DNA of 64,000 bases from the human T2T-CHM13v2.0 reference genome, Homo sapiens. A program made the translations under genes and the position numbers. Below are positions 15,235-30,161 of this stretch, one piece after another; positions within the stretch are counted from its first letter, which is position 1; every line of letters starts with the position of its first letter. The stretch is taken from the NCBI RefSeq assembly GCF_009914755.1, contig NC_060927.1. One strand, written 5' to 3'. Under the pieces are notes generated by a model. That model did no database searches. It was not told the origin of the DNA and worked only from the letters and a program-made list of their open reading frames with translations.

Positions 15235-15780
15235 TGGTTTGACATAATTGCAAGCAGGAACTTGAATAGATATTTGTTCCCCTATGTTCACAGCAGCATT
15301 ACTCACAACAGCAAAAAATGGAAGCAACCCAAGTACCCATCGACGGATGAATGGATAAAGAAAATATATGGTCTATTCATACAATGGAATATTATTCAGC
15401 CTTAAAAAGGAAGGAAATTCTGACCCATGCTGCAACATGGATGAGCCTTGAGGACATTATGCTCAGTGGAATAATCCAAGTCACAAAAGAACAAATACTG
15501 TATAATTCCACTTACGTGAGATCCCTAGAGGAGTCAAATTCATGGAGTCAGAAAGTAGAATGGTGGCTGTGGGTGCCAGGGGCAGGGGAAGGGGGAACGG
15601 GAGTCAGTGTTTAATGGGGACAGAGTTTCAGTTTGGGAAGAGGAAAAAGTTCTGGAGCCCGATGGTGGTGATGGTTGCATAGCAATGTGAATGTACTTCA
15701 TGCCACTGAAATGTACATTTAAAAATGGTTATCATGCTAAATTTTATGCTGTGTGTATTTTACCACAATTTTTAAAGAAA
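15235..15780 (+). mobile_element. L1M (L1MA/MB-like) 3' end
   Basis: ggaagcaacccaagtacccatcgacggatgaatggataaag...ttttaccacaatttttaaa. Confidence 0.88.
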
Positions 15781-15883
15781 AGTAGCAGAGGTTCATGTGA
15801 GGAAGGGAAAGGCAGGCCAGGAAACTGGTGTGTGGCACTGAGTCAGCTCTGCCTTGCTCCCCAACTCCAGGGACGGCCACCTC

Positions 15884-16704
<821 letters not shown>

Positions 16705-18256
16705 ACCTCCTATTGCTCAATCACCCCCACCCTGCTCCCCACCCAACCCTTGGCCATGTTCACCAGCTCAGCCATCTGAGCTGGACCAGACACCGAGACC
16801 AAGAGCTTGGCCGGGGCTGTGGGGCGAAGCTTCCTGGGCCCTTGGTGGGGATGAGCTGGGGGGGCCTCTGGGGAGGGGAGTTAATGATCCTGGGCACGAG
16901 GCCGGTGGCCACTGGGACATAGTCACCGAGGGTGATGGAGACTTCCCTTAGCCTGGAGAGTGGCCATCATGGTGCGTGGGTAAGTGGGGGGCTCCTGTGG
17001 CTGAGCCTTAGCCAGACTCCCCTTCCCCATAACCCCCCATCCCTGGCTCTCCTCCCATTCCTCCTTCATGAAGGGAAGCTTCCCAATCCAAGCACCACCA
17101 GTTTTGGGGCAGCCTGAACTCTCTGAAGGGAAAGAATTCTCTTTTCCCTCCATCGGTGCTGTCCTCCTGGGCTCTATGGATTCTGGTGTGCCATAATCTC
17201 CATCTGTGGGACATCCCTGCACACTCAGATTGAAAATCCCCATCAGGCTTCTGTCAACTTCCACGCTCCCCCCTCCCCACTGGGTTTGGATGGATGCGGC
17301 CTGAGGCACCAGGGATGGGGTGGGGAGGGTGTGGCCTGTCTTTCCCTGAGGCTGGAGACATTGGGGAGGAGGCCGAGTTTGACTCTACTGGCCAATTTCT
17401 GTCTCTGTGCCTCCTGGCTGCACTGACCAGTCACCAACGCCAACAATGCCTTTGGTATGGCCTTTGTCCACCAGAGCTTTTGTGATTCTTCCAGAAGTGT
17501 TATTGGGGGAGGCCCTCTCTGCATTTGGCTTCTGCTGGACCCCATCCCACCAGCTCAGTTCCTACTCCCATCAGGGTCCCCTGCTGCTGTGGTCCCCCTA
17601 TGGCCAGGCATCCCTCTCTGGTGTGGAACCAAGGAGACAGCCCATGTCAGGCTCCCTACTGTGGTGACATTTGACTTTCAGAAACGCATGGGACCAACCC
17701 TGCCACCCCCCCTTGTCCTGCGGCTCTCTCCAGTTCTCCTCTCCCCGTGCCGATGAGCCCAGGACACAGCACTGCCAGTCTGCTGCAGGAGATGACACCC
17801 AGGCTGAGAGGGAGGTGCCTGTCTCCCCACCTTGCAGGTGCCTTCAGTCTCCTGGAGATTTGGCTTTGGGCTTTCCTTTGGCTTTTTTTGGAGCAAGAAG
17901 GGAAGTGCCACTCCTGCCCCATAGCAACAGTTCACAAGCCTGGTGATTTCTGAGCTCCTTTTTTCTTCCTGGATGTCTGCATATTTAGGCTGGTAGGGCT
18001 GGCTGAGGAGAGGATCTTGGGGTGTTGGCAAGGGCTGCTGGCTCTCTTTAAAATGTGGGCGTCTGGTTGCTTCTTTGTCCTGAGTTTTGGGTCCTAGCCA
18101 CTAATTCCTGCAAAAGGAAAGGGCTCCTCAGCACCTCGTTCTCCTGTAGGAGGCTCAGGCAAGGCTGGTGACCTGTCTAAGGCCCTGTGGTATGTTCTGA
18201 TTCCTTCGGAGACTGGCATTACCACCTCCTGATTTCCAGATATGAACAATCCCTCT

Positions 18257-18860
18257 TGTCTTAACATCTGAGGACCTAAAAGAAGACCTGGGGCAAGGAT
18301 CTGGGTGCAAGTAGTTTATTTGGAAGATTATCCCAGAGAGCACAGTGACGGTGTGAGGCAGGGAAAGGAGGAAGCCCACAAAGGGTGTGTTAGGCCTGGC
18401 ACAGGGGCCACGCCTGTGATCCCAGCACTTTGAGAGGCCAAAGCAAGAAGATCGCTTGAGGCCAGGAATTTGAGGTGGCAGTGAGCTATGATTGCGCCAT
18501 TGCACTCCAGCCTAGGGACAGGGTGAGATCCTGTCTCTAAATCGGAAAAGGCATGTTAATGAATGTCATCACTGGGAGCCGCTGGAGCTCAGTCCAGCCA
18601 GGATCCAAAGCGACAGTGCAGAGCACAGCTCAGAATTGTCCCAGCAAGAGACCTCCTGCCCTGTCCCCCATTGCTTGAGAGGGGCTCCTGGAGGCACTAA
18701 CTCAGGACATGCCTGGGCTGCCCAGTCAACGTGGGCCAGATGAGCTCTTGCAAGCAGTGGTGTAGGTGACAAGTCATCTGTATATGCAGGAGCCAACCAT
18801 GAGGCTGCAGGTGACCTCCAGCACCAGCTGAAGGACTATAGGCAGGATGTTGTCTGCACT
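18257..18860. mobile_element. LTR33-like ERVL LTR with an Alu monomer (about 18392-18550)
   Basis: caaggatctgggtgcaagtagtttatttggaagattatcccag...aggaagcccacaaagggtgtgtt. Confidence 0.7.
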
Positions 18861-18949
18861 GAACTACTCTAGCCATGCCTTTAGAGACCAGCAACAAAAT
18901 AAACATCCCTGGGGGAACAGTGCACCACAGCCCTGTCTTTCATCAGCTA

Positions 18950-19880
<931 letters not shown>

Positions 19881-21129
19881 TTATTTTCTGAGTTTCTTGC
19901 CTCTTCCACAATTCCAGTGGGGTGGAGCCACAGCTTTTCCATCCTCCCGCCAGCCACCCTTGTTCATATTTCACAGGTGAGAACACAAAGGTGAGGGGAA
20001 GGAGTTCCTTACTCCACGTCACACACCCTGTGGGTGGCAGGATGGAGACTGAAGTCTCTCCGGAGGGATGCAGGTGGTAGGGGGAGCCTGGAGGAGCGTG
20101 GAGCTGATTTCGGCTGCGTGAAGTTGGCTGTGGGGTTGAGAGCCGCCTCTTCCTTGAAGTTGTCTGGCAGGCCGTATGGTGACATCTCTCCCTGCCCATT
20201 CTCGGGCTTGCTGCAGAGAGGCTGCACTGTGCCCACTCTTCTAGAGGGAAGGTCAATATGGGATTTGGCACTTGCTGTGTGCTTTAGAAGACACTGTGGT
20301 CTCAGGCAGGAGCCTTGGGGGTGGCCGTACCGTGGGGGTCAGGCTGCCTCTGCCCCTCCTGGCTGAGCCCAAGGGCTTACACCACCACCTCCAAGCATCC
20401 TGCATTTCTCATCTGTAAAACGGGCCTGAAAGCAGGGCCTGCCTGGCAGGTTGGCATGAGCCGTGCATGAGACAGGAAGGGTGTATGCTTTGCCTGGCTC
20501 CCGCAGCCCCATGGAAGACTCAGATGAGGGCCTGGTGCAGCCGGGGTTGGGGCAGGGGTGGAAGGGAGTTCTCCTCGAAGTCCGTGGCATCTGGCATTCT
20601 GGGCAGGGGCCCAGACATTGAGAAGGGTGCTGGGATGCTGGGATGCTGGCCGCCCACCTGCCCCTCCTCCCACATGTTGGCATATGGTTTTGTTCAGCAG
20701 GAGCCAAGCTGTCGGGGGAAGTTTCCTCCAGAGAGCCCGGGGAACAAGGCCCCTTTGTCTGGTCTGGGGTCTGCCTGCTCCCTAGGCCTGGAATTATGGG
20801 TCAGACCTCAGGCTGGCCATCTAGGGGCACTGTCTGTGATGGAGGAGGCCGGGGTCACCCTCTGTTAGATGAGGAAACTGAGGCAGAGAGAGCAAGAGAC
20901 TGGTCCAGAGAGCTCAGTTTGCCAGCAGTGGAGGCAGGACTGGCTCTCTGCTTCCCAATCCAGTGTTCTCCCTTCTCCACCCTAAGATGGGTTCCCAGAA
21001 GTCCCTGGGTCCCTCAGAGAGTTTGTTTGTGTTGGTGGAGCCACTCTTCTTTAACAACCCCCACTCCTCCAGCCCATCCTTCCCTCCTTCCTGTCCTTCC
21101 ACTGAGAGTTTTAGAGTTTTAGAGTGTGG

Positions 21130-21695
21130 CTGTGTGCAGCCACACTCCCAGCTACCAGGAATAGAAGTGTAAACAAAACAGTCATGATCTTGGCCCTCAG
21201 GGAGCTTGCCATCCAGTGGCAAAGCCTGACGAACCCACTGACATTGATGTCACAGGAGTAGTGCCCCGAGACAGGCGCTCACAGGTGCTGTGGCTGCACA
21301 GTCCAGGGGGTGAGAGTGAGCCAGGAGAGCTCCTGGGAGGAGGTGAGGTTTCAGTTAAGACCTGAAGGCTGACAAAGAAGCAGCCAGGAAAGAATGAGGT
21401 GCCCTGGGGGAGGGGCAGGGTGCTCCTGGCAGGTGGCACAGCACAAGCAGGAGCTGGGAGGTTGCAGAGAGCAGAGAGTGGGTAAGCCAGTGGAGGAAGC
21501 AGGAGTCGGGGGAGGGGAGACCGTGAGCGGAAACAGGAAACAGCTCCCATCAAAAACGGAGACACAGACTGGAGCCAAACCACTTTAGGACCTTGCCGGC
21601 CAGGCTGCCGAGTATGGGCTTGACTCCGAGGCCCACAGGGAGCCACGGAGGGCTTAAAATCAGGGAGTCCCATGGCCAGATTGTGCTTTAGAAAT
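21130..21695 (-). mobile_element. L2 fragment
   Basis: ggccctcagggagcttgccatccagtgg...gggagccacggagggcttaaaatcaggg...ccagattgtgctttagaaa. Confidence 0.7.
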
Positions 21696-21704
21696 TAGTG
21701 ACTG

Positions 21705-22340
21705 CAAAGAAGAAAGCAATGTTTTAAGGGGCAAAAGCCATGAGCAGAAATTTCACAAAAAAGAAAATGCAGATGGATGACGAACATGGCAAGATGTTCA
21801 TCCTCATTAGTAACAAGGGACATGTGGACTAAAACCACACCAAGGTACCATTTCACACCTACTACACAGGCACACAAGAGTTGGTGAGGAGGTGGCACGC
21901 TTGGCAGCAACTGGTGGAAATACACATGGGCACAAACACTCTGCAGCAAGTATTTGGCATGAGCTGATGAGCCTAAATATGTGCATGTCCCATGACCTAG
22001 CTGTACGTCTGCCCTAAAGGACTCATACAAATGTCTACAAATGTCACAGGGAGACAGGCACGAGGCGGTTATAGCAGCATTATTTGTAACAGGAAAAACA
22101 AAACATGACAAAAACCAGAAAGCAATCTAAATATCCATAGACAGAGAATCATTCGGTATGCAAGAGCTGGTCAGTAGAATACTATACAGCACTGAAAAGG
22201 AATGAAGACCACCTGTAGGCACTGATGGATGCATCTCATCTCAGTGCAATGAGGAACACTTAAAGTATGAGTCTCTTTATATCAAGTTCAAAAACAGCCC
22301 TAATTGAACAGATTAGGGGTGCATACAGAAGTGGGAACAC
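21705..22340 (+). mobile_element. Old L1M ORF2 end / 3' UTR
   Basis: aaatttcacaaaaagaaaatgcagatgg...gatgttcatcctcattag...gaatactatacagcactgaaaaggaatgaa. Confidence 0.75.
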
Positions 22341-22744
22341 TTTTAAGGAAACTCTGGGAGTTAGTGTGACTGGGAAGGGGCCCCTGAGAGGATTGCTGGG
22401 TCAAGAAGCCCATGCTTTTCACAGAACCCCTTTCTAGTGTTTGCACATGACCCGAATCAGCCCCTGGGCTCATGTCACATTCTCTCCTGCTGGCTAACAT
22501 TTTTGCAATGGGTGTAACCTGCTTGTTTTATTATTAGTCACCAACCGCAGGCGACTTGCTTTTCCATCAGACCCTCGCAGTGTGCTTGGCCTTCGGTTCC
22601 CAGCCTAGTGGGAGCCAACGACCCTATGAGATCTGGGTATTTCTGGGTATCTCTGGGCTCTCATTGGCTGGATCACAGGGGCTTCCACGACTTGACAGCC
22701 AATCACTGAGGAGCTTGATGAAGTCCCCTTCTGTCTGTTGAAAA

Positions 22745-23270
22745 CTTTAGAGAGAACATATTTTAAAAATGTGTGCTAAATACATATCTGACAGTGTCTG
22801 AATTTAATGTCCAAGAAATTGACCTGAAACTCAAGGCTGCAAATTTACCCACCCTTTTGGGGCCATTCATGGATCGCTCTCCAGCATCTGGGAACAGCCC
22901 TCAGTTTCCACGTGGAGATTCCTCCCACCTGCTCAGGCCTCTGGACACATATATGACCTGGGCAGAGCCAATCAGCACAGCCCATCCCCACGGCAGTGAC
23001 TGGTTCAGGCCTGGGCACCTGAATTGAGTCCCTCCATTTGGGGAGAACCTTAAGACCAGTGCAAAAGTGCTGCATTCTAGCTGGACTTGAAGGGTTATGA
23101 GTTGAGTGACAAGGGGGGAGAAACTTGCTCCTGGTAACATGTTTGAGAGACTGGATCAAGCTGTGCTTGAAGTCCACCCTTGTACTCTGTCGGTACTGAA
23201 GTCAATAGTTCCCTTCTTGACTTAGCCTCTTTGAGTCAAGTATACTGTGACTTGCAGCAGTAAGTCCAGA
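22745..23270. mobile_element. MLT1-type MaLR LTR
   Basis: gccaatcagcacagcccatcccc...gtgactggttcagg...ctggatcaagctgtgcttgaag...tgtgacttgcagc. Confidence 0.65.
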
Positions 23271-23318
23271 CTGGCACCCTTTCCCAACTTGTCATTCACA
23301 CCTCCTGAGCCAGAAACC

Positions 23319-23352
23319 TGTGTGTGTGTTTGTGTGTGTGCGTGTGTGTGTG
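23319..23352. repeat. Imperfect (TG)n microsatellite
   Basis: tgtgtgtgtgtttgtgtgtgtgcgtgtgtgtgtg. Confidence 0.95.
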
Positions 23353-23399
23353 AGCCTGCCCCTCCCTTTCTCTGGCTCCCAGCATCACACCAGTGTCCT

Positions 23400-24270
23400 C
23401 TCCCCACAGTGTCTCTCCAGTCCTACCATTGCCCCCATGCCACCAGCCCTGTCTGAACTCCATCATCTCCCACCTGGACTCTTGCACCAGCCTCCTCCAG
23501 TGGCTTCCCACCGCTCTCAGAATAAACATGGAGCTTCTTCCCGTGCCCACAGGCTCCCCCGTGAGGCCTGACCCTGCCACCTCCTCGTCTCCCCAACTAT
23601 CCCTTCAGTGGACTCCTCAGCTTCCGGATCCCTTTCCCAGAGCCCACTTAACTGTCCTTGAGCACTTCCTGTGTGCCAGGCCCTGTCTGATCCTTCCCAC
23701 TGGTTAACTCATGGAGCCCTCCCAAAGCCTGGCGATGTAGGAGCTGCTGTTCCTATTTTATGGAAGAGGACAGGAAGCCCAAGTGGTTAGGAGCCTCCCG
23801 AGTCTGAGTTAGCACACAGCCAGGCAGCCGGGCTCCAGCTGACCACTGTCCGCACCACCTCCCCTGCAGCACTGCCTCAAGGCGCTTCTTATTGTGTGGG
23901 TGTGAGGTTGTTGGATTTATATCTATCTCCCACTGGAATGTGAGCTCCATGTGGTCAGGGGCGAGTCAGCCCTACTCATGGCCAGAGCCCTGGTAGGATG
24001 CACAGTACCTGGCACAGAGTGGGTGCCCTGGAAAGGTTTGTTGAGTAATATTAGCTAATACTTATTGAGCACTTACCACATGCAAACCACCTCCTAAGCA
24101 CTCCTAAGCATATAACTCAGTCTTCACAACAGCATGCCGAGGTAGGCAGTTATTTTATAGTTGGGACCCTGAGACACAGAGAGGCAACTTCTCCCAGGTC
24201 CCATGGCTACTAAGCAGCAGAGCTGGGCTTCAAACCCAGGCAGCCTGGCTCCAGAGTCTGACCTGGTAAC
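23400..24270. mobile_element. L2 (+) with MIR (-) pieces
   Basis: catcatctcccacctggactcttgcaccagcctcc; ccactggaatgtgagctccatg; cttattgagcacttacc...ttcaaacccaggcagcctggctccagag. Confidence 0.7.
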
Positions 24271-25514
24271 CACGTGCTATGTCATCCCTGTGTGGGCGGA
24301 TGGCTGCACAGATGGCTGGATGGACACTGAAGCTATGTTCCTGCTGGGGGTCAGGGTGAGTGGAGATCAGGGGCATGGAGCCGAGACTGGGCCCATGTCC
24401 CGAACATGTCGGGAGGCCAGGGCCGACAGATGGAAATGAAGGATCAAGGCACACCTTGTGGGGGTCTTCTCTACTTCCAGGGGCTTGGCCAGCTGGCCAG
24501 TGTGGTCCAGAGGATGTGGGTCTCCCATCTGCTCCCTTATCAGGGCCCTGGTGAAGAGGCCTGGAGAAAGGAGGGGTTGAAGCACCTGGGGGGAAAGCGG
24601 GAGGGATGGGAAGAGACCAGAGGGCAACTCAGTGAAGATACTCAGGACAGAGGGACAGACCTGCCCATGGCCAAGCAGCTCTGGACCTTCAGCTAGGAGG
24701 TCAAGGGACCCTGGAGTCAGAGTGTGTTGGCAGCTTAATACATCACCCGGAATAACTACTGCCAGTTTAGGTCACATGGCCTGAAGGCTGGAATGTGGAA
24801 AGTGAAAGTTCTCTATGGGCCGTGCAGACCACCCTAAGGACTTGTGCTCAGTCCCTGGAATAGTCCTGGAAGAGGGACGGCTGAATTGGCCCCAGGATAC
24901 TAGAGCAGCTGGGGTGGCTCAGCCTGCAGAAGAACAGCCTTGAGGCTTTGGCTGAGGAGAAGCAGACAGGCCAAGAGGACCAGAGGGTGGGGCCAGAACC
25001 CAGAAGGGGGTCACCTCTCTGTGCAAGGATGACTTTTCTCTCAACATCCAGAGTTGCTCAAGAAGAGAGGGTGTTGCCCTCCCACCCCATAGCTCAGTTC
25101 CTGGCTCCTTCCTCTGGGTTCAGCTGGGGCAGGGGCACCTGGGCTCTTTCCACCCAAGGAAGGGGGTTCCAGGCTCTGTCTTTCCTGGCATTCCAGTGGC
25201 CCATTGGGGCCCCAGGGCCTTAGGGCCGGATGAGGAAACACAGAGCCTGCTGGGCCGTGGCCCCAGGCACAGGCTCTGGGCTGAGAGGCCTAGAGAGAAG
25301 AGCCTGGGACTCCAGGGGGCTGTGTGACTCACTCATGCTGCCTGGGGGGACCCAAGCTCAGCTGCCTCTGAGCTGTCTCAGTTTTGTTATCTGTGAAGTG
25401 GGGACACCCAGTGTTAACCTTCAGCGGGTGGAGGACATGCAAGAGAGGCAGCTGTGTCTGAGCTTCATAAACTGTATAATGCAGTGACGATTTCAATCAC
25501 CATTTCTATCATTG

Positions 25515-25910
25515 GATTAGTTTCGGTCTGTTAAGAAGCCCAAAGTGATTTTGCCAAGCAAGACAGGATTAGATGTGCAAGGAAATTTTGCAGGGAGGGA
25601 GCAGGAGAAGGCAGAGAGAAGTTCAGAGGGCAGCACAATTCTGACACTTGTGCTGGGAGAAGGGGAAGAAGGACTGGGCAGGAGGAGTCTTGGAATGTGA
25701 TGCAATTCCAAAAAGCTTCAGCCAGGGTGATGATTGGGCCTGGGAGCTTTTCCAGCAGGTGAGTGCAAGGAGTCCTGGGTCTCTCTGGGATATTGCTGCA
25801 TTCCCATTCCTAGCTCTGTGCTCTGTCGTTGGTTGGGAGCAGCTCACAGTGGCCTCAGTGCAAATGTGATGGCAGGTGTGGAGGAGCAGTCAGTGACCTA
25901 TGCTGCAGAG
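25515..25910. mobile_element. Degenerate ERVL-type LTR
   Basis: agacaggattagatgtgcaaggaaatttt...gtcttggaatgtgatgcaattcc...agcttcagccagg. Confidence 0.5.
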
Positions 25911-26589
25911 ATAAGTCGAGATCTGAGTGATACATCTTCATGGCCACCATAATCCTAATTATCCAAAACCCATCTATACCCAAGATGGGTTGGGTCAAGT
26001 CCTGCCAGGTAACCAGAGGTTACTTGGAGCCTCAGAGGCCAAAGTTTGTTATTTAAACAGAGATGTGTTTCCCTTCTTCACATTCCTAGAAGGGGAGGTT
26101 TCCAGGTATAACTGGAAATCCTTGCCCCATAACAAGGCAACCTGCTGGAGGACCAGCCATCAGCTGCATGGGACGGGCAGCCAGAGGGGCTTGGGGTTAG
26201 ATTCAAGGGCAGCAATAAATGAAGGTTTCATGGATGGATGAAAAAAGAACTGGAATAGAATATAGGTAGCTTACTATTCTATTTCTATCTTGGAATAGAG
26301 GAAGGCTTTCCAAGCACAACCCCAAAACCACAGACCACAAAGAAAAATACTGGTAGGTCTGTCTACATCAAATTTTTAAAATTCTATGTGTAAAAAAGTA
26401 TATAACCAAAGCTAAACTAGAGGAGTTTGCAGCATGTGCTTGGCAGACAATAGGTTGGCACTCCTGCTATACAAAAAATGCTTATCAGTTACTACGACCA
26501 AGATGGACACCTCCATAGTATATATGCCCTTTGTCCTTGCAACTTCTTGGAAATAGACAAGTGCTCCAAAATATAGAGATTTATGTTTT

Positions 26590-26722
26590 ATTCTTTTTCT
26601 TTTTCTTTCCTTTTTTTTTTTAGAAATAGGGTCTCACTCTGTCTCCCAGACTGGAGTTCAGGGGTCAATCATGGCTCACTGCACTCTCCCATCTCTGCCT
26701 ACCAAGTAGTTGGCTTTACAGG
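26590..26722 (-). mobile_element. Alu fragment
   Basis: T-rich tail, gggtctcactctgtctcccagactggag...ttacagg. Confidence 0.85.
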
Positions 26723-26947
26723 TGTTAGAAATAAATTTTCGGTGCTGCAAAAGAAATAGCACTCAAACGTGAATTTTCTCAGCAAGGCAATTTCACTTCT
26801 ATAGAAGGGTGCATCTTGCAGATGGAGCAAAGGTGAGAGCACACAAGGGAGGGGAAGGGGTTCTTATCCCTAACGCAGGTAGCCCCTACTGCAGTGTCAT
26901 TCCCCTATTGACTAGAATTGGACTGCACAGTCTAAGCTAATTCTGAT
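26723..26947 (-). mobile_element. LTR10-family (LTR10C-like, ERV1) terminal fragment
   Basis: tgttagaaataaattttcggtgctgcaaaagaaatagcactc...gcacagtctaagctaattc. Confidence 0.75.
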
Positions 26948-27143
26948 AGAATACTGGACAGCTATTGACAGTGATTCCAAAGATTTCTGTTATTGATATC
27001 TTTGGATATTTGTTATTGATATCTGTTATTGATAGAAAAATGACCATAATATATCACATGATGGAAAATATTTATTAGAAGCTGTGGGCAGGCATACATA
27101 CATTCATGTATATCATGTATATGTATAAAACAAAAGCAGTTGG

Positions 27144-27591
<448 letters not shown>

Positions 27592-28224
27592 TCATTTAAC
27601 AAATGGGGAAACTGAGGTTGAGAGTGGGCAAGAGGCTTTCTGGGACCAGGCCCCCTGTCTCTGGGCTGCCTTCGCTGTCCTGCGGGCCCCCTTCAGCCCC
27701 TTAGGATTTCACAGTGTGGCCTTAGGCAAGTCTCTTCCCTCTCTGGCTGGCTGCAGTGGGGAAGGGCCTCTGAGGCTGCTCAGCCTATTTTTCCAGCCTG
27801 CTAGGGAGGTCCCAGCCTCTGAGACCAGCACCCTGCCTCCTCACCCTTCCCCCTGCCTGAAGAGTTGGCCCCAACAGCAAGGCTGGGCCAAATTTCATCA
27901 CACCAGGCAAAGGAATGGGCCAGCATGAGTCACGAGCGAGCCGGGCCATAGGAGGTAGGGGCTGACCATTCCCAGACGGGAGTTGTGAGGCCAGGCGGCT
28001 TTCCTGGAATAAGTAGACTGCTTGGGAAAGTGCAGAGAAATCCCAGAGTGGAATAAAAGTTGTAATGCCTCTCCCCCACTCCTCTCCCCAGACACTCTAT
28101 TCTATGCACTTCAGCCCTTTTTGCCACTCTGCCAAGGGGTCACCCAGTCCTTGTCCACACACCCCAGCTCCCCACTACCTCACTACGATGTTCTCCCTCT
28201 TCCTCTAGAAGGGCAGGGAAAAGC

Positions 28225-28410
28225 GTGCGGACTCTGGAATTGGGCTGCTCCAGGTGGGGGCCCTAGCTACCATGCTGAGCCTCAGTTTATTTGTAAAATG
28301 GGGGAAATATCTAGTACCTCTAGAATTGTGTAGAGGATTAAATGAACTAATCTGTGTAAGGTGCCTGTTAAAATGCTTAGTACACAGTATATGGTTAACA
28401 GACATGAGTT
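28225..28410 (+). mobile_element. MIR SINE
   Basis: ctgagcctcagtttatttgtaaaatggggg...gaggattaaatga...aaaatgcttagtaca. Confidence 0.75.
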
Positions 28411-28624
28411 TATTTTTCATCACAATCGCTGCCCCCTTTATTTAAGGCAAACCACCTTTGGAGAGAGCCTAGACATCATAAAAAATGGAACCTCAATGGC
28501 AAACACCAGTGTTCAAAGGGGCCTGGGAAGTGCAGGTGCTGGACTTGGTGGGTAATGTTGTCTCAGTGAGATGAATTCCATTAGCCAAGGCTCTTGGGTG
28601 ATAGAAGTGAGCACACCAAATCTC

Positions 28625-29150
28625 AGGTGCAAGAAACCCCAACTAAACCAACTCAAAAACAAAACCCCAACTCAAATTGGCTGAAGCCCCAAAGAGCATT
28701 TATTGACCCCTGTAACTGAAAGATCCAAGGGCAAGATGGCTTCAGGCTGAGCTATAACCAGGTGCTTAAACATCATACCGTCAGAAAGCCTCTCTCTCCT
28801 TCCCCTCCTCCTCTCAGCCCTTACCTCTGAGCTGGTTTCATTCTCAGCAAGTTCCCCTGAGAGGTGGTCTCCAAGCTACTGGCTCACACCCCCAGCTGGG
28901 CAATAGGGCAGAAAGAGCGCTCCCTCCCCTGGCTCCAGGGCAGGCACAATCTGCCTTACATACAGATGCCCCTCACTAGGGCCACATACCCTTCCCTGAG
29001 CCAACCACCGTGGCTGGGGAGGGGATTCCCCAGTGGGCCACACCACATCAACTGAATGAACCACATCAACCCAGAACGGAGCCAAGAAGGCTCTGCAGAG
29101 GAGCCTCAGGGGCTGGCAGCTGGAGCAGGGGATGGGGATGGGCAGAAACC
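28625..29150. mobile_element. MLT1-type MaLR LTR (degenerate)
   Basis: caactcaaattggctgaag...tttattgacccctgtaactgaaagatccaagg...ggcttcagg. Confidence 0.6.
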
Positions 29151-29821
29151 AAAGATGTAGACTGCACAAGTCTTCTTGGAAGGCTCTGAGTCATGAGCTT
29201 TGGTGGGAGACTAGAGAACACAGCTCGTCTATGACTTCTTAGTAGAGCATTTGAGCTCGATATTGAAGTGGGAGGGGTGGTTGTTAGTTGGGTGTAGGTT
29301 AGGCTGTTAGCTATAGCAAGGCTATAAAAGACTCATGTGAAGGTACAGGCCAGGTGTGGTGCTCCTCTGCTGCCCAGGGACTCCCTCCATGCAAATGTGA
29401 CTCTCACCTGGTAATACGAAGTGGCTGTATCATCTTTTCCTTTAAGGCCATGAGCCAGAAATTGTCCACATTACTCTGCCCCAATTCAACAGCACGACAT
29501 GTTTGTGGTCCCACCTGGCTGCCAGGGAGGGTGGGAGTGAAATCTTCAGCCAGAAAGCCATCTAAAATTTCTATAGTTATGTTTCTTACATGAATGGTGG
29601 GGGCCGATGAGGGTTTCTGCCACAGGGTAGGAAGGATGTGGGTAGGTGGAACAGCATTCACAGTGGGATGGACAGGCAGAGAGGTGGGGAAGTTCCTGGT
29701 GTAAGAGAAGAAATCAGCTTTTCATTGGGTGAGGAGTAGGGCTCTGGGATGTAAGGACGGGGTGTAGGTGGGTGAAAGGCTGGAGATGCAGTGGGGATCC
29801 AGACCAGAGAGAGCCTGAACT

Positions 29822-29866
29822 CGGCTCCCAGGAGTGACTGTGTCCGGCTCCCAGGAGTGACTGTGT
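29822..29866. repeat. Tandem duplication, period 23
   Basis: cggctcccaggagtgactgtgt at 29822-29843 and 29845-29866. Confidence 0.95.
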
Positions 29867-30161
29867 GCCCACATGTCCATGCTCTGCTCATGCTACCTGC
29901 CAGCAGCTGCCCTCGGGCCTGGGCCTGGGGTGTATAGACTGGTGTGCAGTCCACTCTTGGGAGGAGGGAAGATGGGAAGAGACTTGTGCAGGCTTTGGGG
30001 GTCAGGGCCATTTAAGCAGGGACTTCCGGGCACTGGCATATGATCTGGAAAGGAGTAGGGGGTCATCAGGGACTCCTGGCAGGCACATCTCATTGTTCTC
30101 TTAGACTCTTCACTCTGGGGAGGGACAAAGCTGGAAGAGGAAGGCTAGAGGGAGGTACCCC

